In this document: positions 24,811 through 38,013 of the stretch, one piece after another
Layout of the letters: the number at the start of each line of letters is the position of its first letter
Position numbering within the stretch: the stretch's first letter is position 1
Assembly (NCBI GenBank): GCA_028534125.1
Contig: CM052816.1
Location: forward strand, 34,164,001 to 34,228,000
Source of the DNA: Lama glama
Lineage: Eukaryota
Length of the DNA: 64,000 nt
Direction of reading: 5' to 3'
The notes under the pieces: generated by a model
Told to the model about the DNA's origin: nothing
Databases searched by the model: none
The model's input: the letters and a program-made list of their open reading frames with translations, nothing else
Position numbers and translations under genes: made by a program

Positions 24811-26169
24811 TATTTTTTTCCCTCAACAAATATAAAATCAATGCAGGATTTTCTTTTGTTTGTTTTGTTTTGTTTCGCACTGAGAGTCTGAGCTGTGTTT
24901 TGTGTCTACCTTCATTGCTTCTCTATCACATCTTTATGCTGAGGCTCCAACTGGAGACTGTACTGAAGATCAGGGGCTGGAGAAATGGATCTTATTGAAC
25001 AGACCCCCACAGTGTAAGAATTATATTGAAAAACAAATTATATTGTCAAACCCACCTGTAGTTTGGCATCCTTTTTTTTTCCTTTTCTTTTATTTTGTTT
25101 TTCAACAGTAACATGTCAATTTTTTATCCTTGAATAGTGACACTAAAGGAAGTAGCAAATAAGGCCAGGATAAAGTAATTAATTTTTAGAAAATCAGCCT
25201 CCACAAAAAAAGACATCGACCAGTCTCCCAGGGGAGAGCTATCCCTGCAGGACAGCCTGTGGGCATTGGTCCAAGTTCAAGTAGTTTCTTCTCCGTCCTC
25301 TATCAGCCCTCCATCAGCCCTCCAAGTGGATGTAACGCAGCCATCTGACCTTTGAGTTACATGTGCAATAATATTCCTTTCTGCTTGGGGTGTCCTTATT
25401 TCTTATGTCTTTTTTTCCTTTTATTAGGAATGCTTCCACATACCCTTAACAATATTATCTTTCACAGTCTGGGGTCTCCCTTTTTAATCTTTTAGTAGGA
25501 TACTTTTAAATGCTTCCTGGCTTGAGTTCTTTCTCTGTGTTTGCACACCCTCTGCTACATGGGAAGATGAGCACATCTCTTCTGAGACTTACCTTGTTAG
25601 CGATCCCCAAACACAGACACACAGGTGTGTCACTCTTACCTTCAACTACGATGTCAGGCCCTCCAGTATCAAGACTTTTCTTGTGTTCGCCAAGCTTCCT
25701 TCTTTTTTTTTCTTTTTTGAGAATAAGAGGTAGGTTCTTCAAAAGTAATCTGAAATGGAAATTAGTTCAAAGATTATTTTATGACATATTCAGATCTAAA
25801 TGAACTGAGATATACGAAATATTTACAGTGCTTCTTTCATGAGATAAGCCTCCTGTCAGAGGCATAAAATGCTAAATAAATGCCCTGCTCTATAAAAGAC
25901 TGCAAAAATTACTATAATATACCACCTAATGAAGTCCTACAGAGTATCTTCTTAAAACTTGCTATCAGGTTTCCTATTTTCAACATTTTTCTACCATCAA
26001 TGCTGGGCACCTGGGCTTTTTCTTCTGTATTATATAAGAACATAAAAATAAAAAGCCCATCATTCAGTATCATAGAAAAATAAAGAAATTTTAATTCTAA
26101 CCCAGATGCTATTATTTTTTTTTAACCCAACCTTCTGTGGATTCTAAGGAAGAAGAACTACTGTGAAGA

Positions 26170-27320
26170 GGGTGTATTGTTTATGCTTTCCAATATCCAT
26201 TCATCACTTTTCTGATAGTTGTGCCTCAGTTTCCTTCTGAGCCATCACTCCTTTTGCACTGCTAGCTCCAGTGCTTTGGGAAAAGCTTGGCTGCTGACTC
26301 AAGAGTTAAGTATGTGCCAATTAGAGCATTTCCCTAAGTGAGTGACTGTTGCAGGGCAGGGCAGGTAACCCAACCAGAGATGGTGAGAAATGAAGTGCCT
26401 ATTTCTGGAACTTGCACTCGCTTCTATATAGCTATTTCTTCTACTTTGTCTCTCACTCAGGCTCCCTAGGATCATCTTTCATACCCACTATGTGCATATT
26501 CTTGTCTTAGTCCCTACTTTGGGGAGCATGGGGGAGGATTGGGGCACCAGGCTAACACGCCCACCATAGTCCATCTTCCTCAGAGCAGACAGATTTCACT
26601 TTTGAAAGCTAAGTGAAAGCAATTCATCCCTGGCTGGAAACATTCCAGTGGCTTTATTTTACTACAAAATAAAAATCAAAACTCCTTTGTGCCGTGGTCT
26701 GCAGGAATCCACAAAATGTGACCCTGCCACCTTCTGATCTCATCTTCTTCTGAACCCCCTCGTTTACAATTCTAGCCACACCAGCCTTCTTTTTGCCCCT
26801 AGAATATGTCAAGCCCATTTTTGTCTCAGGACATCTGTACTTGATGTTTAGTCTGCTTTGAAAATCTTTCTCGGGATGTTTTCAGGCTGTTTTCTCATCT
26901 AGGGTTAACTTAAAAAAACACCTTCTGAAAAGCTGGTTCCCCACCACGCTGTCTAAAGCACTCACCCTATCACCAATTCTCTATCACAATTCTGTACTTA
27001 ACGATAATTGTAAATATCTAAATTTGTTTTACTCAGATTCTCTCTTTCCCTCTGGACTGCACTGCAGCTGAAAATGAAGTGTAGAATTGTTGTAATTTTC
27101 TTATGGAAATGACGACAGAACCTGGAGGAGGATGGCAGGTACAGGAGGAGAGCAGAGAAATGACACAGAAAAGAAACCAGATTCTGGTGCTGCTGGATGC
27201 CTTGTGGCTTAAACAGCCTCCGAAGCCAACCTAGCTCTGCTCTTCTCAGTTAAATCATACATCAGATCTCCTAGTTGGTTTGAATTGAGTTTTCTGTCAC
27301 TTAAGTTTAACAGATAATAT
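26170..27320 (+). mobile_element. Mosaic of an old LTR (MLT1K/LTR33-like) and an L2 segment (about 26570-27040)
   Basis: LTR-like start 'tttccaatatccattc' and end 'tttgaattgagttttctgtcactt'. Internal L2 'aaacattccagtggcttt...aaaatcaaaactcctt...ctagccacaccagccttcttt'. Confidence 0.55.
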
Positions 27321-27519
27321 GGACTCTAAGGAAAAAATCAGTAGGGCTATCATTTAAAGACCACCCCCCCTTGAAAAAAAAGAAATAACAAAAAAAGACA
27401 GGATGTTCCTTAGAGAAATTAAGTGTCTTAAAAGAATCACACTAGAGCAAAGAACAGCAAAGTTAATAAGACTTGAAAATATTTGTCAAACAAAAATTTT
27501 ACTTGGTGTTTTGACATAA

Positions 27520-27655
27520 ATTACCAAGGGTGATGTGTAGTGCCCTTCTCTGGAGGTACTTTAAGAGTGTCTCTCCTGTTTGAGGTGAATGAATTAGCAT
27601 CAGCCTGATGGCAGGGAGGATAAAATGACCTAAGGCTCCTTTTGATCCTGAGATA
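27520..27655 (+). mobile_element. CR1/L3 3' end
   Basis: 'cccttctctggaggtactttaag...ggcagggaggataaaatgacctaaggctccttttgatcctgagat' resembles the CR1/L3 terminus. Confidence 0.55.
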
Positions 27656-27984
27656 CAAACAAAACTAGCTGTTCTAGTTAGTGAAAATTGTTGATGAACC
27701 AGAGGGCATTTTTAGGGCACCACGATGTTATTAGACTAAGTAAGAACTCATGCTTGGAGCATGAAGTGAAAAAAAAACAGTAAGAAAGAAATATTATTTA
27801 TTGGGGAAGGCAAACTAATGCCATATAATGGTGACTAGTCCAAGACATGAACAGGATATGCCTGGAGGGCCTCAGGATCACTTGGGTATGTTCAGAAAGT
27901 CTTTCTGTCATAATTGATCCCAACATTTTCAACATCTGATATCTGGAACCATATGTCACTTCAATAACATATCCAATAATTATT

Positions 27985-28146
27985 GCAACAACAATGATAC
28001 CTCAACGTTTTGGAGCAGTCTCCGTATGTCAGGTACTGTTCTCAATATAAAACATGTGGTATCTGTTTCAGTCCACCACCAACCCAATGAAGTAGGTACT
28101 ATTAATTTCTCTATTTTATAAATGAAGTCACTTAAACAGAGAGGGC
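27985..28146 (-). mobile_element. MIR SINE
   Basis: 'gtatgtcaggtactgttctcaa...caacccaatgaagtaggtactatta...ctattttataaatgaag'. Confidence 0.75.
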
Positions 28147-30499
28147 ATTTATTCTCTCGATGGATCAGATATCAAAGTCCCAAGAAAGGATAGCTAAGGT
28201 GCATAAACATCAAAGCACAAAGCAGACCGAAGAAGTCAAGAGCCGGCAAAGTTGGTCCTTACCAAATTTGGATCTGATCATTTTTTTTGGACCTCAGCTA
28301 TTGAGAGCATGTTCCTGGAGTTTAATACTGTGCGCAAACCAGATAAAATCTGAAACTCTCTAATTTTTCATAGAACTGGAATATGGTAACACATTCAGCC
28401 AAAGGCAAAATCTCTCAATGTCAGAGGAGAGGCTGATGAGGCTGGGCTGCTTGAGGAGATCGCGTGGCAAGAAATTCAGGAAGGCCAGATTGTGTATGAC
28501 AGAGGACATGCCAATATGCCAGTTAGGAAATAAAAATAGGAAAGTCCAAATAACTTAGTGCATGCACAGGTTTCTTCCCCCTGCAAAAGAAGTCAATTTG
28601 AAAACCTTCAGGGGAAATAAAATTTCTGTGTTTGAGATGAGGTTTTACATAAATGAAGAGCTTAAAATACTTTCAACTTGACATGGCTTGTTTTCAAGCT
28701 CCAGTGGTTCATTATGAAGTATAGATTATGTATCTAAAAGAGTGAACCAACAGAGACCTAAAAAGGTAAGGGAAAATGTCTCACTGAGTGCCGTGATCAC
28801 TAGCTTCCTCTATTGTAAAGGGAAAACCCTTCTCCTCTTAAACTTTTACACTCATGTACTTGACATCTTTTGCAGCAATTGAGTGGTTCTTTAGTGACAA
28901 CTCTGTACCCCAGGGCCACATCATGGGTGACTGTATTGGAGAAGCAGATCCTGAGGACAACACTAAGAGGAACCCGCAGGGGTGCACCAGTGAGGCTCTG
29001 GTTGAAATGAAAACTCGGGGAAGCTCAATCCATCCACTTCTCTTAGCTTCTAGCCTATGTTGTCCTGCATGTGCCCTAGTGCATAGCAAGAGGTAGTAGA
29101 AAATAAGGCTTGACTCAAAGAGATCTAATTTCCAAAAAACGTTTTGTAAATAAAACAGTAATTGACTGTCTTTCTGGGTGACTGGGTTACAGCCCTGCTC
29201 TTGGGGGTTGGGGGTGTGAGACCTCTTGAGATGTTCCTTATTTCTATAACTGAGATTTGAAATGGTCTGAACTTCCAGAATACCTCTCTGCTGAGTCACT
29301 GACTCACAGGCCTAAGACTCTGGGAACACAGGTGGTTCTTTCCTTATTTTAGACAGATAAGGGTGTAGAGGTCTGCAGAAACAAGGGGACCTCACGAAAG
29401 CCTCCACAGGAAGGACAGCCCGCAGCAGACTCTGCAAGAGTCTTGAACTCTCCAGTTCTCAGCTTGGGGTCCCAGGAACACAGGATCCATCATCTCCACT
29501 AGGCTTTTTCATTCCTCTCTTCTTATATTTTCAGTTTATTGTGATGAACAGTAATAACCGCCTATGAAATTCCACAGAACAAGTACTGTAAATCCATTTG
29601 AAATACTGTGATCTGATTCCAATCCATCTGCCTCCTTTACTTACTGGCTTCTGCTAACACACCTGGTGAAACTCAGAAGGTGCAGCTGGAGTCCTGCTTT
29701 TAGTCTTTTTAAAACATCAATTGGAAGCTGAAACTCAAAGCAATGTGACCCCTGTGCAATCTGAAACCTAAAAGTCCCCCAAGGCTCTTCTGTGAATTAA
29801 ATGGCCAAGTTTCAAAAACACACACATGGCATCTGAATGAGGTTCAGGGCAGCTGGTCAGAAAAAGGAATTGAACAAAAGAAGGACAAACTTAAACTCAC
29901 TGAAAGAGCAGGCATACCAACAACAAAGGCAGGCAGACAATGGCACTGAGGCCACGCAGAGCTTTCCAGGCCTCTGACGGAGCTAGGGCTCCTGAGAGTT
30001 TGGCAACAGTGTAACTAATTAGGGAGCCCAGGACTTCAAGTGTCAAAGCAATATTTGGTCTCCCAGACATGACCTAGACAGTTTCATTAGCTGCCACCTT
30101 TTCTGGGGACCCCGTGAATCTTTCTGGGTCAACTTGAAGCCAATCTCCTTCAGCAATTCAGTGGCTCTTCTATACGGCTCACGTGACTCTTTTCTTGAAA
30201 TGTGCCCTGAGATTAGAACAGAAATTCTGCCCCGCCCCCTGTTCCTTTCAATTAGTGAAAGAGCAGCCTGGACCAACTTCAAGGGCTCCAAAATATTCAA
30301 GCCATCGTTTTTTCCAAGAGGGTGTTTCTTTTATCCAAGGCTGCACAAGTTGCTGTCATTAAAACTACAGAAGTACATCACTCTATCCCTGTAATCTACA
30401 ATCTCTTTTAGGACACAAGATTCACAAACCTGAAATGATGCTAGAACAATACAATATTGCCCTGAAACCAACTTAGCTTTAATTATATTCTGTGTTAAA

Positions 30500-30630
30500 T
30501 GGAGTTGGTCTCATATTCCCTCTCAGAATATGAAATCCTAGAGTGCAAGTCCATGTTGTCTGTATCCCTACAGCATGTAGAATTGAAGCCGAGCACTGCA
30601 AGTCTACCATGGATAATGGATGGTTTGTAG
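30500..30630 (+). mobile_element. L2 3' fragment
   Basis: 'cagaatatgaaatcctagagtgcaag...tgtatccctacagcatgtagaa'. Confidence 0.45.
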
Positions 30631-31344
30631 GATTACAAACTGGGAACCTGAAATGCCTGTATTTCTTCATGGGTTAGGTCTCCCGGTAGCACTAGAGATG
30701 GAGACAGGTGGAAACTGGCACCAGCTTATACAAAAAAGTTTATTCTAGGTTGCAAAAGGAATGTGGTCTTATTTTTGCCCTCCTGTTTTGAAGTCTGCAA
30801 GGGGGCTTCCCCTCATAAGTGGGTGGTGTCTGGTAAGCAAGTGTTCCAGTAGGGAGTTACTTGGCACTGTTCCTGGCTCACCATGACCAGCATCTGGCCC
30901 ATGTCCCAAGCATTCTTGCACTGGATTCACCCAGCAGTAGGGCAGATACTAAAGCACCTTCTCACATAGTGTGTTAGATTGCAGCACACGTGTGTCTATG
31001 CACGTGCACACACACAAATGACACAAAGAAAGGGCAAGGCAATTGCAACAAACAGAGCAACTAGCTCAAAAAGAGTTTGTCACTGTTCCTCTGGCAGAAT
31101 GGGGGGCAAGGGTGGAGACAGTGCACAGTCCCTTTTGCAGACATATTAGAAGACAGTTTGTTGGCTGCACTATACAGAACAGTATTGGTCAGTTTGGAGG
31201 AAAGAATCTCCCCACTATCTGAACTTTACTGTAAAGGGAAATGTGTACTGAAGCCATGTATAAATTGTGTCAACTCTAGATGCATTTTACTGTCTTTGCT
31301 AGTCCTATCCAAAGAAAATAACAGGACTCAATCATGTATCCCTC

Positions 31345-31728
31345 TAACCAGTGTTTAATAAGCACCCTCTGTGTGCCAGGCACTAATTCTAAAAGCTGAG
31401 GATACAGTGTTGAACAAAAGAACCCTGTCCTCGAGGACTAGTTACCACTAGTTATATCATTATATACCATCAGTTATATTACACCTAATGGTGTAACTAG
31501 TATGTATCATTATAACTAGCAATATATCATTATACCTAGTGATTATAATGAGTGACTACAGACAATAAAAATACTGAGGAAAATTAAACATGGTAAGATG
31601 ATACTGGAGGGGGATATTTAAGACTGGCTGCCCAGAGCAAGCCTGGATGAGGAACTAACTTTTGCACTGAGAGCTGAATTTTAAGGGAAGAGCATTCCTG
31701 GCAGAGAGAAGAGCAAACACAAAGGCCA
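31345..31728 (-). mobile_element. L2 3' region
   Basis: 'tttaataagcaccctctgtgtgccaggcact...ggatacagtgttgaacaaaa...gggaagagcattcctggcagagagaagagcaaacacaaaggcc'. Confidence 0.8.
31437..31551. repeat. Degenerate minisatellite with about 20-bp unit, inside L2
   Basis: Units actagttatatcattatat, actagtatgtatcattata, actagcaatatatcattata. Confidence 0.75.
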
Positions 31729-32319
31729 TCACTTCTCTTCATTTACTTGTGAGTATGATCAACCCGATCCCTGACCCAGATCGTCTTCCACAGCATAAAA
31801 ACTATGTGCCAGTGTGGCCTCCATTCAGAGGGGTTATCCTTTCAGCTGTCCCAAAGGCATGAGAGCAGAGGACAGAGACCCAGCAGGGACGATTTCTCAG
31901 CTTCCAAGAAAAGGAGAAAACATCAGAAGAGGATGAATGACAACAGGCCAGGTCACGCCTCCCACTGCTCCTCGTAGTAATGATCCCTGCAGTCCTGAGG
32001 TAATGAACATTACCTTCAGGCATCCAGGAGGCAGAGTATTAGGTGCTTTTATTGGTCATAAAACACAGCCCACCATGGGAATCCCAGCATGATCAAGGCC
32101 AAGGTCGACTCAAAGAGACAGACTCCCATGTTTCAAGTTGAAATTAACTTCTTGTCCAGTTGTCCCTCTGTACAGCACCGTACCTCCCATATCAGCATGA
32201 CACAAGGAAGAGGGCAGAGAGACAGCTCGCCCTAAGGCTTTAACTCTGACCTGGCAAGTTTATGGTCCTTCTGTGTGCTTATGAGCTATTATAATTTTAT
32301 AAGCTATAGTGTTATGATT

Positions 32320-32545
32320 AAAAAAAAAGCATTCTGGAGGCAGGCTGTCTGGATTCAAATCCTGCCTACACTGTTTGCTGGCTGCATGACCTGGAATAGG
32401 TTACTTCATGTCTCCAAGCTTCAGTTTCCTTATCTGTAAAACCGGGGTTATATGACCTCACAGAGTGGCTGTGAGGATTAAAAGAAATCCTTCATGTAGA
32501 GCCAGAATGCATGTAGTACCTAGCACACAGCACACACTTGATCGA
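32320..32545 (+). mobile_element. MIR SINE
   Basis: 'ctggattcaaatcctgcc...catgacctggaataggttactt...cttcagtttccttatctgtaaaa...acctcacagagtggctgtgaggattaaa'. Confidence 0.85.
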
Positions 32546-32659
32546 AGCCAGCAGCCAAAGCAGTAAGAAGAGGACGAGGGACGAGTCAGTATCACACTAA
32601 TACTCATAGGCTTAGCACTCTGCACCCATTCAAAAGCATCACAAATGCTTGGATTCAGT

Positions 32660-33187
32660 CATGGAAGCAACCTAAATGTCCATATGTCCATTGACGCCAG
32701 AATGGATAAAGATGTGGTATATATGCACAACAGAATATTACTCAGCCATAAAACAGAATGAAGTAATACCATTTGCAGCAACAGGGAGGGACTCGGAGAT
32801 TATGATAATGAGTGAAGTGAGTCAGACAGAGAAAGACAGATATTACATGATATCACTTACATGTGGGATCTAAAAAAATTATACAAATGAACTTATTTAC
32901 AAAATAGAGACAGACTCACAGACATAGAAAACAAACTTAAAGTTACCAAAGGGGAAAGGGGTGAGGAGGGATAAATTAGGAGTATAGGATTAACAGATAC
33001 ACCCCACTATATATAAAATAGATAACCAACAAGGATTTACTGTGTAGCACAGGGAACTATATTCAGTATCTTGTAGTAATCTATAATGGAAAATAATCTG
33101 AAAAAAATATGTATAACTGAACCACTTTGCTGTACACCTGAAACTAACACAATGTTGTAAATCAACTATACTTCAACTGAAAAAAGA
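32660..33187 (+). mobile_element. 5'-truncated L1 3' end
   Basis: 'catggaagcaacctaaatgtcc' through '...gtaaatcaactatacttcaactgaaaaaag'. Same 3' UTR type as 2684-4670. Confidence 0.95.
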
Positions 33188-33909
33188 AGCCTTAACTTTA
33201 CTGGACATGTTGGCCACTATAACTAACCTCAGAAACTTCAGATTGAAGGAAATAGGGGAAAAAGTGTAATTTTCCTCTTTCATACTTTCATTCAGGTATT
33301 TAGAATGCTCTAATAGGGCTCAAGGACTTGAAGTACATTTGTTTCAAATAAATATTAAAATAATGCAAGAATTAGAGAAAAGTAAGCTGTTTTGCAGAAG
33401 TCTGGCCATTCATAGTCATCTCGCTTTTGGATTGCACTGACCAGTGAAGGGAAGTGGGAGCACAATTTGAAGGTTTCGGGCTCCCTTCGAGGTCACTGCT
33501 GATTCTAATAGTAGACCTCCAGAAGATTATTAATTTTTCAACAACAAACCTAAAAGGAAAAAAAGCACGAATCTAGCTCTCCCTGGATGCTCGTAAACAT
33601 TCATTATTTTATGTCCCTCTATTCTCCTTCTCTATTAGGTTAAATTTTTTTCAATAGCTATGAAGTATTGTATTACTAATACTTGTTTTTCAGTAGCCTG
33701 GCACAGTTCCTGGAACACTGGTTTCCACTAAAGTTTATTTCAAGGGAAGTTTAAAATAGAGGAAGATACATAAAGATGTTTGGAGCTACCATAAAAATTT
33801 AACACAGAATAACAATAGGAGAAAAGTAAACCCAGTGTGTTAGCACATGTTGATAATGTAGTTAAAACAAGATAAAAAAATAACTTTCCAACTGCAGGTA
33901 AAAGGGCTA

Positions 33910-34195
33910 ATAAGAGTTTATTTCTCATACACGTAAGAAAAAGAAGTATGGAGGTGGTCAGGCCTGGGCTGGAATAATAGCTCCATGGTAACCAGGCTAT
34001 TTCTGCAGTTACTAAGATGTGGCCCTCATCATCAGAATCCAAAAAGGCTGCGGGAGTTCCAGCCATCACAGCCACATTTTAAGCATTTGTGTAAGAAGAG
34101 TGAAAGGGAAAAAAGAGACTCCCCAGGATTTCTACACAACACATTTGCTTACTTTTCATTAGCAAGAACTTAACTGCCTGACTTCAGCTAAATGA
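33910..34195 (-). mobile_element. MLT1J-type LTR
   Basis: 'gtttatttctcat...aaaaggctgcgggagttccagccatcacagccacatt...tttgcttacttttcattagcaagaactta'. Confidence 0.65.
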
Positions 34196-35954
34196 AGAGT
34201 TATAGGCTTCATGACAGTAGGAGGCGATACGTATGGCAACAGGATCATAAAGAATAATTCTAAATATAAAAATGATTAGGTGCTTGCAGAGGATTTCATG
34301 TGTACATGTGTTCTGAGAGGAGAGAAAGGAGGGCAGAAGAGGGAGTTGGCTCCTGGATACCTACAGCTTAAAGTAGCAGGTGGAGCACCAGCTCACCTGG
34401 GCCTGCTCTGACAAAAACAGATGTACCTACAGACACAGTGAGGCAGAGCACACTAAAGGTACACACACGGTCTTCAAATGGTCACTGTTGGTGTTGTCCA
34501 GTCTATCGCAGAGAAAGAGAAAGAGATCCAGGCAGGAAGCTCAGGTCCAAGTGAAGATTCAGCTGTTAGCCTGGAGTCCCTGTGTGCTAAATCTCTAAAC
34601 TTGAGTATGACAGAGAGGGTGAGAAGGCAAAGGACGCCGACCCCAGGGCAACACCAAAGGGGGCAGGGGGAGCCCAGTGCTGCCTCTCCTCTTTGCCTAC
34701 ATTTGGGGTCTGTCATGGATTGTGTTGGGCCTCTCATTCTAGATCATTCCTCTCCCAGACATTCTGGAGTCCTGAATATTGTGACAAGTTATCTTTTCAA
34801 TGATAATTTTCAGCCAGTATTTTCTGTTGAATGACTTAGAAATGGCCATCATTAAATTCACTACCACCTGCCCCCACACACTCCATCACTACAATCTTAC
34901 ACACTCCTTATCTCAGAGCAAGCAGGTTTCTGGTTAATTGATGAAATGTTTTGAAGGAAGACTCCGCAGCCTGGTAACATGGCTTCTCTTTCCCCATGAA
35001 CATGCATTCCTCTGGTAGCTGTAGCTGGGAAAAATGTGTTACCTAGGTTCTCCTATTTCCTGGCAAGGAGAGGAGGGGGACCAAGACAACCAACAACAGA
35101 GGAAGGAAGGTAGCACCAGACTGAGGTGTCCTAGAAACCTCTGTCCTCGGGAAACACAGCCCCGAGGCAGAGAGCAGCAGAGCTACTGAGAGGAAAATTA
35201 CTGACTGACCCCCTGTGGGCCCAGCTCCAGGCCCCCAGTTCAGAGTAGGTGAAAATGGAAATGGCTGAGTTTGGGTCTGTTTGTTCTTGGTATGATGGGC
35301 GAGAGAAGGGAAGGGAGACATTAACCGCAACTATGAATTTTATGTCTAACCTCTCCCTTTCTGCTCTAAAAACTGGGAATCGTGCAAGGCATAAAGGGGT
35401 GTGGACCAACAGCCTTAAAGGAATTCTATAGAACTGATCCACTCTCACCAATTAAAGGAAAACCCAGCCTGCATTTCCTCTGCTCTTCAGAGAGTCTGAG
35501 GCCTCTGCCTCTAGAAGGCACTTGGGCTCTCGGTGCTTTTAGTTTGCTGCCCACCTCACCGCTTACAATATGTTGCTAGTATTCTGGGTAACTCATAGTT
35601 TTGGATAAGACCCATCCCCTCCCTTACGCTCAACTTTTCCTATCGTTGGACAAAAGTCAAGAATTCTCTGAACATTTTCTGTTCTGTCTGTATGTTGCTG
35701 AAAGGATTATAACAGTCACATTAGGGATGTGCGTCGTATGGGCAGGATTTTCACAATTTTTTCAGAACTCAATCTGAGCTTATCTCCAATGAATCAAAGT
35801 GGGAGATGGGAGAGTTTTTAAAAGATGGGGTGGGGAGAGTCAAAGGGCATCTGGATTCTGTAAGGGCTTAGGTGAGAGGGAGGTCAGAGGGCAAAGGGCA
35901 GAAAGAAGCATATCTAAACTTTAGTCTAGGAAAGGAAAACATTAAGGCAACCTT

Positions 35955-36070
35955 GGTCAATCCTTACTATAACACCGTGGAGTCATGTATTAATATGCCC
36001 TTTTACAGAAGGAAAGTGAGGCACAGAAAGGTTGAGACTTGCCCCAATTCACATAGCCTTGTAAGCCCCA
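35955..36070 (-). mobile_element. MIR core fragment
   Basis: 'cccttttacagaaggaaagtgaggcacagaaaggttgagacttgccccaattcacatagc'. Confidence 0.75.
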
Positions 36071-36596
36071 AGCCGTCGTGAAGTTCACATCCCTTGCACA
36101 GCTCCAATTTCCCCACATATGCAAACTGTTTCTTACTATGGTTTGGAACCAGTTCAGGTGCAATATAACCAAGTGCTGCCTTGACGACAGCAGCTTCAAA
36201 GGTTCAGCCCAAAGATAGTTTTGGGGAAACGAGAAGAGAAAGGACGAGCCCAGTATAGGAAAAGGAAAGGGCAGTCAGCCTTCATCCTCCCACCTCATTT
36301 CACACATATACACAGTCTCCAGCAATGTGTTCAGAACTGGGCTGGCAGTAATCTAGACAAAAAGGAATAAAACCCTGGATGAGATTAGTGGGAAAGGGGA
36401 TTCAAATGGATGGAACAAATTTCAGGGACACATCAAAAGAGTGGCAGGAGCTGAAAACAGAGAGGCCAAAAGGAACGTAAGACAGAGACCTGTCCAAATG
36501 ACACTAGTCCCAGAAAGATGAGAACTGAAATCTTTAATTGGGAAAGGGAACAAAATTTAAGGGGAAAGATATGAATCAAGAATTAAAACATGTTGA

Positions 36597-36768
36597 AGGG
36601 GCTTCAAGATGGTGTAACAGAAGGACATGGAGCTCACCCTCTCCCACAAATACATCAAAAATATACCTAGCTGTGGAACAATTCTCACAGAATACCTAAC
36701 TAAACTTTGGCAGAAGATCGTATACAAGCGGAGCTACAATAAAAATCTCCATGTAACCAGACAGAATG
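36597..36768 (+). mobile_element. Isolated L1 5'-terminal fragment flanked by an 18-bp TSD
   Basis: Starts 'aggggcttcaagatgg...ggagctcaccctctcccacaaatacatcaaaaata' (laurasiatherian L1 5' end). TSD agaattaaaacatgttga (36579-36596) and agaattgtaacatgttga (36769-36786). Confidence 0.8.
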
Positions 36769-36829
36769 AGAATTGTAACATGTTGACTTTAAGGTAAGCT
36801 GGCATGTTTATAAACTTGCAAACATTAAG

Positions 36830-37385
36830 CTGTAGCACAAAACCGATGTTGGTTATTTCCAGTTTTGAAGTGCTTATCTTCACAGAGATGCTACAGGTAC
36901 AAAAATAAATGACCTCAATCAAAGAGGAACTTTCAAACAGACGAAAGGAAAGGGCAAGACAGGAATTTTGAAGAACCACCATCTCTGAGGATCAGGGAAG
37001 GAGAGGCAAGAAAATAAAAACAATAAGGGAGAATAAGGAACAGGAAAAGAGCCACAAGAGAAATAGAGTCCAGACAGCATCATGTCATACAAATCAAGGC
37101 GACAAGAAGTTTACAAAAGAAACAGATTCCAAAGGGTAAAGTAGTGCAGTTAAGGGAAATTGTACATTATAAGGCAGAGGACTGTATCAGTCACTTTCAA
37201 GAGAGAAGTTTCATTATAGTTATGAGGATGAAAATCAGACACCAGTGGTTAAAGGAAGTGGTCGATGGATAAAAAGCAGAGGTACTGGCTCACAGTTAAG
37301 CAGTGAAAAAGAAGAAAGTTTGGATGCTAGTTGGAAAAGCGAAGATCTTTTTGTTTTCTAATAGTAAGGGGAAATATGTTGAGAA
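36830..37385 (-). mobile_element. L2 internal fragment, highly decayed
   Basis: Purine-rich L2-like 'tgaagaaccaccatc...catcatgtcatacaaatcaagg...cactttcaagagagaagtttcattatag...aaatcagacaccagtgg'. Confidence 0.55.
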
Positions 37386-37679
37386 TCTGAAGCATTAACC
37401 CTGCATCCAATATATTTACAGAGGCTTCTATGCAGATTGCTAATGTACATGAATAGTGCATGGTTACATAAGAATACTCTGTTTCTCTCCTGCCACTGTG
37501 ACTGCTCCCATCTCTGATAGGTAGCACTCAAAATCAGCCCCGGGAGTTCTAGACTTTTGATTAGTATAGAAGGGTGTTGCTCTCAGCCTGCTTGCCAACC
37601 CAAGGCCCTGTAGCTTATTAACATTTGAAGAGACTCTGATGTGGGCCTAGAAACAACTACAATGACTTATTTTGCTTGG

Positions 37680-38013
37680 GGTCTTAATCATTTCAAGCTG
37701 TTACAACACGTTACCATAGACTGGGTGGCTTACACAGCAGACTTGTGCTTCTCTCAGTTCTGGAGGCTGAGAACCAGCTTCCTGATTGAAGACAGACATC
37801 TTCTCATGGTATCCTCACTTGTCAGAGAGAACATACAGGGAGTGAGCTCTCTTGGGTCCCTTCTTATTAAAAAGCACTAATCTCATTCATGAAGACCCCA
37901 CCCTCTCGACCTAATTAACTCTCAAAGGCCCCACCCTCCTAATACCAGCAAACTGGAAGTTAGGATTTCAACATCTCAGTTTGGAGGATGACAGAAACAT
38001 TCAGTCCATAGCA
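37680..38013 (-). mobile_element. Solo MLT1A-type LTR with 5-bp TSD
   Basis: 'gtcttaatc...taccatagactgggtggcttac...cagttctggaggctg...ggatttcaacat...aacattcagtccatagca'. TSD cttgg at 37675-37679 and 38014-38018. Confidence 0.9.

Noticed and set aside
28699..28765. Candidate coding exon (ttttcaag| ... AAG|gtaagg)
   Set aside because: It has stops in all three frames and a weak acceptor.
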